Source: Lama glama (Eukaryota). From it: a stretch of DNA of 64,000 nucleotides. Both the position numbers and the translations under genes were made by a program. The first letter of the stretch is position 1; each line of letters opens with the position of its first letter. The stretch lies in NCBI GenBank assembly GCA_028534125.1, contig CM052816.1, positions 86,616,001-86,680,000 on the forward strand. The letters run 5' to 3'. Shown piece by piece: positions 52,300 to 64,000 of the stretch. The notes below the pieces were generated by a model. It had not been told where the DNA came from and did no database searches. It saw only the letters and a program-made list of their open reading frames with translations.

Positions 52300-53700
52300 T
52301 GTAATCAATAATTTATTATTATTTTTAAGTTTGTATTCTGCTGACTTTGGAAAATGAGGTGGGAAGAATTTTTTTTCTGTCGTTTAGATGAATTTGTACA
52401 AAGCAGCTGTTTTCTTCTTAAATGTTTGAAAGAATCCTCAAGTGAAACTAATCTGAGACTGGACTTTTTTTCATTAGAAAATACAAAATTGTGAATTCAT
52501 GTTCATTAATAAGTAGGGATTATTTAGATTTCTTAGCTCTTCTTGGGTCAATTATAATAAATTTTTAAGGAAATTGCTATTATATACAAATAAAATTTTT
52601 CTTAATATTTCTTATTTTTTATATCTGTAAAATATTTAGTAATGTTTCTTTTTATTCATGGCCTAGAAAATGTTTTACTTATCAGTTTTATTAACAAAAT
52701 CAATTTTATTTTTATTTAAAATTTTTGTTCTTAAAAATGTTTTCTCATCTGTTATTTATCACAATTCCCTTCTACTTTCCTTAGAATTATTTTTTTCTAA
52801 AAACTTCACTTTTCTAGCTTTTTTATCTTAGTGTATTAGTTTCCTGTGGCTGCTGTAGCAAATTCGGTGGTTTAAAACAACATGTATTTTTTCTCTTCCA
52901 AAGTTCTGGATGTGAGAAATCCAAAATCAAAGTGTTGCCAGGGCTGAATTACCTCCAATGGCCCTTAGTAAAGGCCAAGACTTCACCTTTTCCACCTTCT
53001 GGTGGCTCCAGGGATTTCTTGACCAGGGGGGCATCCCTCTGATCTCTCCACCTGTGGTTACATCATCTCCTTCTCTTCTGATTGTCAGATCTCCCTGTGG
53101 ATCTCTGATAAGGACACTTATTACTGGCTTAAAGGTCCAAGGGAATATCTAAGATATTTTGTGATTTCTTCATTGAAACATGGCATGTAAAATACTTAGA
53201 ACTGCTTTGTTTAATAACGTTGTTTTGTGTTATCTTTTTGGTACTGATTTTTAGATTTCTTTCACTGTTGTTAATAAATACTTTCAGTATGGTTTTGATC
53301 TTTGAAATAAATTTATATTTGCCCAGAATTTGATCAATATTCAAAGTTTTCATATTTTTTGAACATCATTTCATTGGTGGGAGGTATGGTTCTATATATG
53401 TGACTTTCATTGTGTTTGTTAATTTTGTGATTTAAATATTACCTATCCTGAATTTTTGTATGATTTTTCTGTGTTATGGAAGGAGTTTCACTGATAGCTC
53501 TATGATTTAATATTTTAAAATTTCAAGTTTACTTTTGTCAGTTGTTGCTTTATCATATACTTTGAGGTTCTGCTATTAGCTTCATTAAAATTTAGGATTT
53601 TTATACTTTTTTCAATTAAACATTTTATTATAGCTAAATGTTCCCTTTTATATCATATATGTCTTGCTTTAAGTTTATTTTGATGAAAATGGTGCAGCGT
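52300..53700 (-). mobile_element. Old L1 ORF2 antisense fragments, interrupted by an MLT1 LTR
   Basis: ttcttcttaaatgtttgaaagaatcctcaagtgaaactaatctg; tactttgaggttctgctattag. Confidence 0.7.
52832..53150 (-). mobile_element. MaLR LTR (MLT1C-like)
   Basis: tgtattagtttcctgtggctgctgtagcaaatt..ggtggtttaaaacaac..aaatccaaaatcaaagtgttgccagggc..ataaggacactt. Confidence 0.88.
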
Positions 53701-54301
53701 TATTAACTTAGATATTCACAAAAGCTTCAATGGCAAATGACTTGCAGAATATCAGACCAACTTATTGGCTGTTTTCTTCAATTCTTTCACAACTAGGTCT
53801 CTCTGGCAATCCTGAACTTCAATTTTTGTTTCTCCTCATCCCAATGAGACGGCCAAAAATCTCAGGATGCTCTTTCTTGCTCAGTTTCTATTCCCTGCAC
53901 CGTTAATCTGCAAATGCCCTGAGTGAAATAGCAGTGGGAAGTATGTGACTCGTGGTTTAATACCATCCTTTTCTCTGAGGCAATGGTCATTCAAGTTTAG
54001 TCTGTCTTGATTGTACTCTGAAGCCTTCAGATAATTTATTTGTGCATTTTCTCCAATGCTTGTAATTGGTCTCTGTAGGAGACTTTAATTCTTACATGGC
54101 TAGAAGCCATGCTGTTCCTATAGGGAGGTTGTGGAAAAGCAAGCAATGTTGAAAGAAGCACCATTGCTTATTTCCCATTCACTCAAATCATGTCCTGAGG
54201 CAGTCTGCCCTTTGACATGGACACAGTGTCACAAAGTTTTGATAGTTCTTCCAAATTCCAAGTTCAGCTCATAGAAATTTCTCTGAATTATTGTGGTGGA
54301 G

Positions 54302-54303
<2 letters not shown>

Positions 54304-54330
<27 letters not shown>
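54304..54330. repeat. (CA)n microsatellite
   Basis: Directly visible. Confidence 0.95.
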
Positions 54331-54332
<2 letters not shown>

Positions 54333-56764
54333 TCTGTGCTTTATATAAACACAGAAGTTTATTTCTCTGCAAAGAAATGGTTCAAATAAAGATGTTCAGG
54401 ACTGGTATAGCATCTTTCACTGTATATGTGTTTTCCATCTGCGTCCACAATGGCTGCTGCCATCTTCATCGTCCTCAGCAACAGCTAAGAGATTTAGAAG
54501 TAGGGTCCCAGGTGTTTATCCTATTGAATAAGAGTTCTCTAATTTAAGAAGGGAATTGAGATAACTGTATAGCAAGGAGTTCTGCCATCTTCCATCTTTG
54601 CTTTCTCAGGGATGGAAAAGATGTGGAGGCGATGTTCTGAGTGTCATGTTGTGGTACGGAGGTTTTCATAGATATTCTTTACTACAACATTTTGTGTAAT
54701 GCCAAACAAAACCCAAAGTTCTAGTCTTTGAAAGGTATCAGATTTTACTCAATGTACCTGCACTCCTGCAAGATCATTTTCTATCAAATAACTTTAGTGT
54801 TAGTTAACACTACACTCTGAAGAGAGCCTCATGTAAAATTTATAAACTCTAAAGTACATCCTCCACAGCCAATTAATTTACAGTTCCTTAAACCATACTC
54901 AATGACATAAAATTTAATTTTTTATGCAGTCCTTGACTTTAGTTTCTTCTAACATATTTCATTCTCTCTTTAGCTGATTTTTGTCATACCAAATTCTACT
55001 CCAGAATTGTTTGGGAGTTTTGTACAGTAGTGTTGAAATACAATTCTAAAACCTTAACATAGGTATCACACTCTCAATTCACTGTATGCAATACTCTGGA
55101 TATAAGTGTCAATATCAAAACCATCAATATCAATGACACTCAGCATCCATGCAGCAATGCCATCATTTTCACATAGTTATTTTTGTCAATTGTATTAAGT
55201 GTACTTTCTAGGACAGCTAATATTATTGGGTCATCTGTTTCAAGGCACAGCGGAAACAGAATTGCAGAATAAAATTCCCCCCACCCTGTTGTTTTCTTTC
55301 ATATTGTTTTCAAGTGAAACACTATTGGAGTTTGTGGTGATAACTAAATAGGAAGCATGTCATATGGCTGAGTGAATCTTTATACATTCAAGAGGTCTTC
55401 AAATTCTGCAGCTCACTTATCATGATTGTGTTTTTTTCAAGGATCATTTCTGGTGGACTGACTTTCTTTGAGAATGTAGTTAGAGATATGGGTGATGAAG
55501 TATTTTGAGTTCAAGTATTTTTATCTTTCTTAGAATATATCTGATAAATGGAAATACGATTCTGACTAGGTCAAGTGTAATTACACTAAGACAGCTTTTG
55601 TGGACTGTTCATTCAAACTGTGCCTTTCTCTACAGCTCATATACATCATTCAAGGAAAGGACATTTTACAAGAAAGAGGTATTTTGTAAACAGTTGTGAA
55701 TGTGAAGACAAACGCAATCAATCCTATAAAGAGGAAACTGAGGAATGATTAATTACCATTTTTACGTGTTATTATGAGATGACATTTGGAAATTCACATA
55801 GGCCTATCTGAAAAGCATGTGATAACTGACATCTAGAACTCAAGAAATGGGTCACAATCTTTCTCCCACCTTGAATAATTATTATGTATATAAGGAATAC
55901 CTTTTTAATAAATGTTGAAAGTAAATCCCAGGTCACTAATATTCCATTAAGGTTAAATTTAATTGCATGTATTATAGAGCTTATCTTTCTATTTTCCCAA
56001 CTGACAAAGAAATGTAATTATTTTTGAAACATGATAATATGCTATAGATCTATGACCTTTCCACAGTTTAAGCAATAAAGCTCACTCTAGAGTGTTCTGT
56101 TGGAAAATAATATTAATATACCTAAATTGCACTGATTTTGATGAAATATGCTAACATATTACCGATAACATATCTTCTGAAGTGTTTTAAAGGACAATCA
56201 ACTATTAAATGTAGAAAATTGCTTAATATTTGAGAATATTTTTCTACAATCATGTTTGCCTATTTACATAGTATTTGTGAAAACATATTCTTATTTAAAA
56301 TGTTAATTTTGGCATATAATATAAAATTTATCCTGTAAAATATAACCTTAATTTTGTATTTTTATAAAATCAGATGTTCTCCTATTCTAGTGGATAATTA
56401 TTGATATATTAATAATACATAAATAAGAGAAAACAAATTTTGTACTAAAAATGCTGAAGAAAATTATGTGCTTTGAATTGATAGTTTCAACTTTTATTTT
56501 TATGTTATAGAGGTGTTCAGAAACCAGAAGTAATATAAATGGGCTAATTTCAAAACTGGCCATTATCACAATTTAATGTCTAATTAATTCTTGCTGGATT
56601 CATAAGTTCATATTTTTCACTAGATAGAAATGTTATTTTTTTCTTATTTTATTAATTGTAGACTATATATGATTTAATAAAATACTTTAATTTCATTGAC
56701 AAACCAAAGCAGCACTGCATGTGCCCCAAGGTATTAAAATGTCACACTTTTAGTAAAAGTATAG

Positions 56765-56960
56765 GAGCTAACATTTATTGAGGGTTTACATAATTAGCTC
56801 AGGTATTTCTCTCAACAGCCCCATAACGTAGAGTGTCAGTTTAAAAAATGTGAGCTTCTGTAAAACATAAGGCCCCAAGTATCAATAGCTGGGTTAACAT
56901 AATAAAATTCAATTTTTTAATTCATGTGAGGTCTAAATGAGAGATTTCTGATTAGGACTC
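56765..56960 (-). mobile_element. MIR fragment
   Basis: agctaacatttattgagggtttac..ctctcaacagccccat. Confidence 0.55.
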
Positions 56961-58139
56961 AATTCCATTCAGTCATTCAGGGAACTAGGTTGATAAAAGT
57001 TCTTCTCACTTTAAGACAATATTGCTGTGGGGATTAATATCCAGTCAATAGATGGAGAAGAGGGAGAGAATCACAGACAGGAGGTTATGATGAGCCAGAC
57101 TCTGTTCATATTCCACTGGCTCTAAATATGTCACATGATGTGGCCTCAGAAACAGGGAGCCTTATCAGTACAGGAAAAGTGGCCTTTTTTTTTTTTTTTT
57201 TTGTATCACCAGTCTCTAACACAGTTAGCCCTTCTATTCATCAGATGTTCATTTCATTATTCTTTCAACACATAAAGTATTCTCATTCTTTCTCTGATGG
57301 AGATTCAAGGTGTTTCTATCAAGTTTCTTCACTGAATTAGATGACGCTGTGGTGATGGAGCGTATGAACCAAGAAACAAATCATTTGTTCTCAGTTTATA
57401 CAATATATAACGGTGAGGCAAAAGCAAGCTCGTTGTAATTAACATCCTTATTCTGAAAATCTAGTATGGAAACTACACCCCAGGGCAATGGTGAAGTTCT
57501 GCCATCAGGAACTGAAAAGCGGGGTCGGATCCTTGATTACAACCTAATTCTGCTTTCTGGATACAAATCTCTCGTCTGTTGTCTTTTGCAGTCCCTCGCT
57601 CAGCTTTCTGAGATGTCCTCTGCCCTTTCTTCTGAGGCTGCTTAAAGTGAGTGTTGAGGCGCAGGGCTACCTCCTGTGGGATGTAAGACTTCCACAGACA
57701 GCCACCTAGGCATGCAGATTTGAGATCTTGGGAGTACCTTTAAAATCTGTATAGTCAAAATAAATACATTTTAGTTCCAGTAGCTAGTCTTGTTAGCATT
57801 GCAATTCCCTCAGAAGAACAGTGTGCTTCTGATTTGTTTCCAGTCAGAACCTTGTGCAATAACCAAACTGAAATCCTGTATTAGACAAACTTCTGAACTA
57901 CAATTTCCTTTCTTTGTTTTGAATTATTTTTTCTTCTTCACTGAACCAATGACAGCTACCTTGAGGCAATCCAGATTTGTGTGGGGAGAAATACTCTTAA
58001 TCATATTTTTGTCAGAGGAATGATTCTTAATTGGCTGCTTGTACACATTTTTTTCAATTTATTTTCCCTCTTCAAGGTGAAGGAAGATCCAATTTTTCTA
58101 ACTGTTGAGGCTGCACGTTAGCTAGCAGCTTCCATTCCA

Positions 58140-58290
58140 ATAGATGAGGTATTATCCCATTTACAGATGAGAATAATGAGGCACAAACTGTGGATTATAT
58201 AATGTATCTTGTATTCCATCACTAATGGTTTTGAAGGTAAGATTTAAAACCAGCCATTTTCCTAAAGATAGCATTTCCTGCTATACTGTC
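58140..58290 (-). mobile_element. MIR core
   Basis: tattatcccatttacagatgagaataatgaggcaca..gatttaaaaccag. Confidence 0.75.
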
Positions 58291-58371
58291 CCTCACATCC
58301 CTTATCTTCTTTGTCTGGTTCAAATATCTATTTATAAGGCACAGAAGCAAAACTTATTTTTATCACATTTT

Positions 58372-58455
58372 TATATATATCTGAATAACTCGCTGTATAC
58401 CTGAGAAACTAATACAACATTGTAAATCAACCAAACCTCAATTTAAAAAAAAAAT
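58372..58455 (+). mobile_element. Short artiodactyl-type L1 3' terminus
   Basis: ctgaataactcgctgtatacctgagaaactaatacaacattgtaaatcaac followed by poly(A). Confidence 0.85.
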
Positions 58456-58459
58456 TTAA

Positions 58460-58892
58460 AAGATTGAGATTAAGATTGAGACTGAGATGGGAAAATTATC
58501 CTGAATTATGCAGGTGGGATCTACCTAGTCATATGAATTTTTAAAAGCAGAGAACCATTCCCAGCTGTGGTCAGAAGGAATTGTGGTCAGAGGGAGCAGC
58601 GACTATGAAAGAAAATCAACAGGATTAATTAATTTGATAAGGACTGACTATGATGATGATGAAAGGGGCGGGAGCTAAGGAATGAGGTGTCCTCCAGAAG
58701 CTGGAAAAGGCAAAGGAATGGATTTTCTGAGAGACTCCAGAAAGGAGTGCAGGTCTGCTTGCTCACCGATTTTAGCCCAGTGAGACCTGTGTTATACTTC
58801 TAACCTCCAGAACTGTAAGATATTAAATGCATGTTGTCTTAAACCACTAAACGTGTGGTAATTTGAAACAATAACAATAGAAAATTAATATG
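58460..58892 (+). mobile_element. MaLR LTR (MLT1D-like)
   Basis: gagatgggaaaattatcctg..agaagctggaaaaggcaaagg..ttagcccagtgagacctgtg..ctccagaactgtaagata..aatagaaaattaata. Confidence 0.9.
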
Positions 58893-60289
58893 CTGTCTCT
58901 CTAATTCATATATTGCTTCACTTTAACAACTGACTTTCCATTTCTTTTTAGTTGGATCTCTTAGTTTGTATTAAAAATAAACAAACAAATAAAACCCTAA
59001 TCTCAGCACCCAGTTTATCTTTACAGTAAATATTGAATGAAATTTTAGCTTTTTAAATAATCATGGATGGTAAGAGAATTTTGCTACTGTTCTAACATTA
59101 GCAGCTAGTATATGAAGTTGAGGATAGGAGATATGCCTTCCATTCTAATAATCAAGAAAGTCATTAATAAAGATTTGTGGTATCTGAAGAAAGAGACACT
59201 AGTGTCTCTCCCTAGTACTAGGTGTGTGGTGAGCTAGAGAAACTAACCATTCCATCTCAGGGACAGCATTTTGAAAAAGAGTTCTTCAGAACTTGACATG
59301 ACTCCCTTCAAGTTGTAGAAATTTCATGAAAAGAGTCTGGTCTCTGTGTCTGCGTGAACATTCCTCATAGCAGGATGATTAATACTTGGTCTGCCTCAGT
59401 TGGATAGTGTGCGAGGGTAGAAATGAGTAGAGAAAGAAAGGAACCTTGGGGCTTCCCATGAAGCAATAATTATGAGCTTGATGGTTAAAACAGAAGCATA
59501 AAAAGTAAAACTACAATAGCAGAGAATATATTCTTCATCAGATATATCATTAGAGTGGGGCTTGGTCTACAGAAAGTATGCAGTAAATATGTCATGAATC
59601 CATGCTCTAAAAGGCAAAATAAGAACTCATAATAATATTCATTAATTAAATGCAAACAAAGAAATATGCTTTATAACCTAAACATAGACTATAGAATTTT
59701 CACTAAAATAAAATGCATTTCAATGTAAAATTTTTTTTAGAAAGGTCCATACCTCATGCACAAGTACACACAAAAATGTTAATTGCCTGGAAAAACAAGA
59801 TCATATTCAGATCTAATAATTACACAGACATGACTGAATTAACTGATAATGAGAATGAGGATAAAAATGAATTTTTATTACTATGTGATAAGCGGTTTAA
59901 AATTGATTTTGTTTCACTATAGTCACACTTTTCAAAATGTCATATTTATAGTCAAGTGACTTTTCTTTGGAAACAAAAATATCTATGGTTATTTAAATAT
60001 TTTGCTAAATGGTTTCATGCTTGGGTAACTTTTTTTTCTATTTAAAATTCATTACTTTGTGCACTTAAGGAGCAAGAGATGTATTATCTGAAAACTAGCA
60101 GTCATTTAAAATACTGGTTATTTTCTAAAGTCAATATGTGATACAAGATAATTAAAATGAAATAGAACACAGAGAAGTTTAGAGTTGAACTACTTACACG
60201 TTTAGAATAATGACAAAGTTACTAGCATTTCAAGTATGTAGCATGGTTTGATAAGACTGAGGTGGTTCTGTACAGAAGTATATGATGAT

Positions 60290-61062
60290 GATTCATTAAA
60301 AACAGTGTCAAAACGTCAATTGTTTAAGAAAATAAGCATGTATTGGGAACACATCTAAGGAGATCAGTTAGATGGCTCTGCTGAAGTTGAATGGATTTGA
60401 CCAAATTTAGAAGTTGGCTCGCTGACAAATAATCTAGGATAGTGATGGCTGAGGCAATTGGGGAAACTCATTTCTGTTCCATGTGTCTCTCTTCCTCCTT
60501 ACTGGGACCAATGGGGTATCTTGAGAACACCCATCTCATAACAGCGGCAGAAAGTAATTGCACAAGCACAGCTGTGCGAGCCCTTTTTGAAGCTTGTGCT
60601 TACATCACACCTGACCAATAGTCCATTTCCCAAAACAGGTCAGAAGACCAGGTCAGAGTCAAAGTGAAAGGGCACCACACATTTATAAGGCAAATGGTGT
60701 GATTACAGGGAGGGGGTGAAAATTAGGGACATCAATATACCACAGTCAGATTTCAGGTGAAGTTATCCATGCACTTCCCACATTGCGAAGTAGTCATACC
60801 CCTATTCCGGAAACCCCAGCTATCACATCCATCATCCATCACTCATCGGTATTATAGTCTGTGTGTGATCTACATCAGCTCCACGTACTGCTTCTCTTGA
60901 TTTGGAGATCTACAAACTAAAAGGACAAGATATTGTCCTCAGCATCCAACAAACAGTTCTAAATAACTATAGTAAACATTCCTGTTTGAAACATAGAAGA
61001 ATGGTAGGTACCCAGCAACACTGTTCCATACTAATTTTGTAATGCCACAGGCAGCTGCTGCC
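60290..61062 (-). mobile_element. MaLR LTR (MLT1G/H-like, to about 60743) plus adjoining MLT1 internal sequence
   Basis: ctgttccatgtgtctctc..gcaaatggtgtgattacagggagggggtgaaaattaggg..taccaca, then int-like gatctacaaactaaaaggacaag..aacattcctgttt. Confidence 0.7.
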
Positions 61063-61258
61063 AGGGAGGGAGGGGTAGGTAATAGATTTATTTATATATT
61101 TTTATCTATTTCTTTCTTTCTTCCTTCCTTTCTTTCTTCCTTCCTTTCTTTCTTTTTCCTTCCTTTCTTCCTTTCTTTCTTTCTTTCTTAGTGGAGGTAC
61201 CTGGGGATTGAACCCAGGACCTTGTGCATGCTAAGCATGCACTCTACCACTGATTTAT
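61063..61258 (-). mobile_element. tRNA-derived SINE (vic-1-like) with an expanded (TTTC/TTCC)n tail
   Basis: ggaggtacctggggattgaacccaggaccttgtgcatgctaagcatgcactctaccactga, with tail ggggtaggtaatagatttattt. Confidence 0.9.
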
Positions 61259-61394
61259 AAATGAGTGTTGATACAAAGAAAGCATTTTCCTATACCCAAG
61301 TGATATAGAAATGCTTTCACAAGAGATAATTGATAACTTTTTCTAAGTTTCTATTGACATAGTTTTGTTTAATTTTTCCGTGTCAAATGGAATC

Positions 61395-61682
61395 AATTTT
61401 GCAGATTCAATGCAAACCCTATTAACATACCAAAGGCATTTTTCACAGAACTAGAACACATAATTCTAAAATCTGTATGGAACCACAAAAGACACCAAAT
61501 AGCGAAAGCAATCTTGAGAAAAAGAAACAAAGCTGGAGGACTCAAGCTCTTTGATTCCAAACTATATACTACAAGACTACAGTAATCAAAACAGTGTGGT
61601 ACCAACACAAAAACAGACATGTACATCAATGGAACAGAATAGAGGGCTCAAAAATAAACCCACACTTATATGGTTAATTAAA
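61395..61682 (+). mobile_element. L1 ORF2 fragment
   Basis: cagattcaatgcaaaccctatt..tttttcacagaactagaac..acagtaatcaaaacagtgtggtac..caatggaacagaatagag. Confidence 0.92.
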
Positions 61683-62221
61683 TTATGAATGTTAATAATT
61701 CTTATGCAGGAGAATTCTTGTAACCTTTGTGGAATGGAATATTATCTAAAATATATTTCAAATATTATTTCAAAATACTAAAAAGCCATTTCCATGCCAG
61801 AGTCTAAATTGGTCTATGATTGAACGGAAGTCCAACAACCTGCTTTATCTTAGGTTACCTTGAAAATTTATAGCAAAGTCTCTAATCAACTATTGCCATT
61901 AGAGCAATCAGGCCTTTATGTCTCTTAAATGCTATGTATGGGTGAAAAGTTTTCACTAACACAGTCAGTAGCCACTGTATTTCATACACCAAATCTCCCT
62001 TTCCTTTGAGATAATTGATACCATATGAATCATAATGTGTCCTCTTTTGTCTCTGCAGTAGTGTTTTTAAAAGGTATAAATTGAGTCATCATGCATTTCT
62101 CCATCATCCTGATTATCCTGTGGGACTAGATCTTTTTTGGGGGGGAGTGCAATGTGTAATGTGTACTCAGTTGGTATGTGTCAAGGTGTCCCTCCTTGTT
62201 TTATAAAATTAAAAATTCTTT

Positions 62222-62620
62222 TGATGAAGGAACACAACACAGTGACACTTGAACAGATGAAAGGCGGAACCCTTTGTTACTGACAGCTCCAAATGAAAAG
62301 GTTGCCAGGCAGGGCTACACAGGGGTCTGCCTCTGGAAAGAGTAACAGTAGTCTGGAGCCATCCGGCAGTTTCTGTAACAATCACTGTGAGGTTCGGTTT
62401 CCCAGGCTTTCTTTGTATAGCTAACTCAAATAACTTGGGGACCCTAGGGCATGGGTATTGCTCTTGGTTGTCTTGTCCCTTGTCCCTGGGCTGGTACGTA
62501 GGAGTCCAAGTGTGTGAAAGTCCAGTAAAAGAAGTGACTGGGGTGTGGACTTATCAGCTGCTCAAGGAAGGGGACTGATCTGGCTCTGCCAGAACATCAA
62601 AACTGGCCCAAGAAAGTGTA
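62222..62620 (-). mobile_element. ERVL-class LTR (MER54/MER74-group-like)
   Basis: GC-richer block with antisense LTR motifs (tttgttactgacagctc; gactggggtgtggact..cagctgct). Confidence 0.55.
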
Positions 62621-63349
62621 AACAAACAAAAATAAACAAACACTAATTGTCATCTAGTTGTCAACAGGTATCCGGGTTGGCACTTATCCCCTTTTGCTGA
62701 ATTCTCTAAGGCAGAATCATATCTTATATTAACCACAGTGCTGAAAGAGAGTTTAACTTCCCTAAACATATGTCCAAACATGGGAAGAAAATTGGACTGA
62801 CTATATTTTCAGGCAGTTGAGATTAGAATAAACCTTTATATATCTCTTCTCATAACAGATCAGATCCTAATCCTGTGTGTTCTCAAACCTAATATCTTAC
62901 TAATAAGCCTGATAAAGATTAAATTGTATAAGGCCTAGAATAATTTGTGTTATTTTTCATTTTTCAGATATATCACTTGTATTATTTTCCATGCATTTCA
63001 CCTGTTTCTAAGTGTTTCATCATAGTGAAGTTTTTCTATATGTATTTTCTTTCCCTAACCTTATAGGCATTTTTTAGCCTGTATTATAGTTTGTCCTTCA
63101 TTATATTTAGACTAGAGTTTCTCAGTGCTACCCGAGAGATTTTAACTTGTTATTATTGATACCACAATTATTTTCCTCTTAAATTCTCAAAAGGAGCCAG
63201 GCTGAAATGTAGTGCTCTGTCCTTAATCTCTGTGATGATGAGAATCTGCTAGCTTCTTCCACAAAATTACCATATATTAAGATTGTTAATTTTTCTTCAA
63301 GGCTTCTTATAAGATAAATTTATAAAGTTATACTTCACCAAGAATTTAC

Positions 63350-64000
63350 TTAGTTGAGGGAGACAAGTAAAGTTGGAAGACTGACACCACCCAACATCAA
63401 GACTTACAGTAAAGCTACAGTAATCAAGATTGTGTGGTATTAGTGAAAGGACAGACAAATCCATCATTGGAACAGAACAGAGAGCTCAGGAGTAGCCCAC
63501 ATAAATAGTCAGCTAATCTCTGACAGAGGAGCAAAGGCAGTAGACAGGAAAAGGCATAGTCTTCTCAACACATGGTGCTGGAATAACTGGGCAACCACAC
63601 TTAAAAAACTGAATCTAGATACAAACTTTATACCTTCCACAAAAATTAATTCAAAATGGACCTAATGTAAAACAGGAAAGTACACAACTCCTAGAAGATA
63701 ATGTAGGAGAAAGCAGAGATGACCTTGGCTATGACAAAGATTTTTTAGATACAACACCAAAGGCATGATCCATCAAAGAAATAATCAATAAATTGGACTT
63801 CATTAAAATAAAAATTTAGCTTTCTGCAAGACAATGTTAAGAGAATGAGACAACAAGCCACAAACTGGGAGAAAATATTTGCAGAAGATACACCTTATAA
63901 AGAACTGTTATCTAAAACATGGAGAACTCTTAAAATTCAACAATAAGAAAACAAACAACCTGATTAAATGATGGGGCAAAGACCTTAAGAGAAAACTCAC
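63350..64000 (+). mobile_element. L1 (L1MB-like) ORF2 3' part, running off the window
   Basis: aaagttggaagactgacacc..aaagctacagtaatcaaga..tcttctcaacacatggtgctgg..acaagccacaaactgggagaaaatatttgca. Confidence 0.95.

Noticed and set aside
54430..54600. Two YY1-like gccatctt motifs
   Set aside because: Short motifs that are common in decayed LTRs, with no other supporting evidence.
61190..61258. tRNA gene
   Set aside because: The A and B boxes belong to a SINE head with a simple-repeat tail; there is no full cloverleaf.
1202..62578. All supplied six-frame ORFs as host protein-coding genes
   Set aside because: They are short (110 aa or less), many use non-ATG starts, and many run through microsatellites or the antisense strand of repeats. 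The only recognisable peptide (37044-37226) is decayed L1 ORF2.

Overview
AT-rich, CpG-poor mammalian DNA that looks like a gene desert or a very large intron. The tRNA-derived SINEs with a GGGGAGGTAAT..TTTATTTATT tail (vic-1-like), the young L1 3' ends and the Tigger1a_Art-like element suggest an artiodactyl, most likely a camelid; this is an inference from recalled repeat consensus. I found no credible host protein-coding gene, RNA gene or CRISPR-like array. The supplied ORFs are chance ORFs or lie in repeats. Much of the window is decayed transposable elements: L1 of several ages, L2, MIR, MaLR/ERVL/ERV1 LTRs, Tigger1 and MER3/MER5. It also holds an ERV-L provirus remnant with integrase and dUTPase relics, and a separate retroviral RT relic. 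The most notable items are a roughly 380-bp unclassified (CA)n-ended insert inside the ERV-L dUTPase, a tiny L1 insertion with a twin-priming-like inverted duplication, a CpG-retaining solo LTR with intact promoter motifs, several candidate enhancers and one candidate 55-nt exon. I cannot support a claim of a new biological system. Repeat subfamily names were assigned by eye, and boundaries are approximate unless TSDs or TIRs are given.
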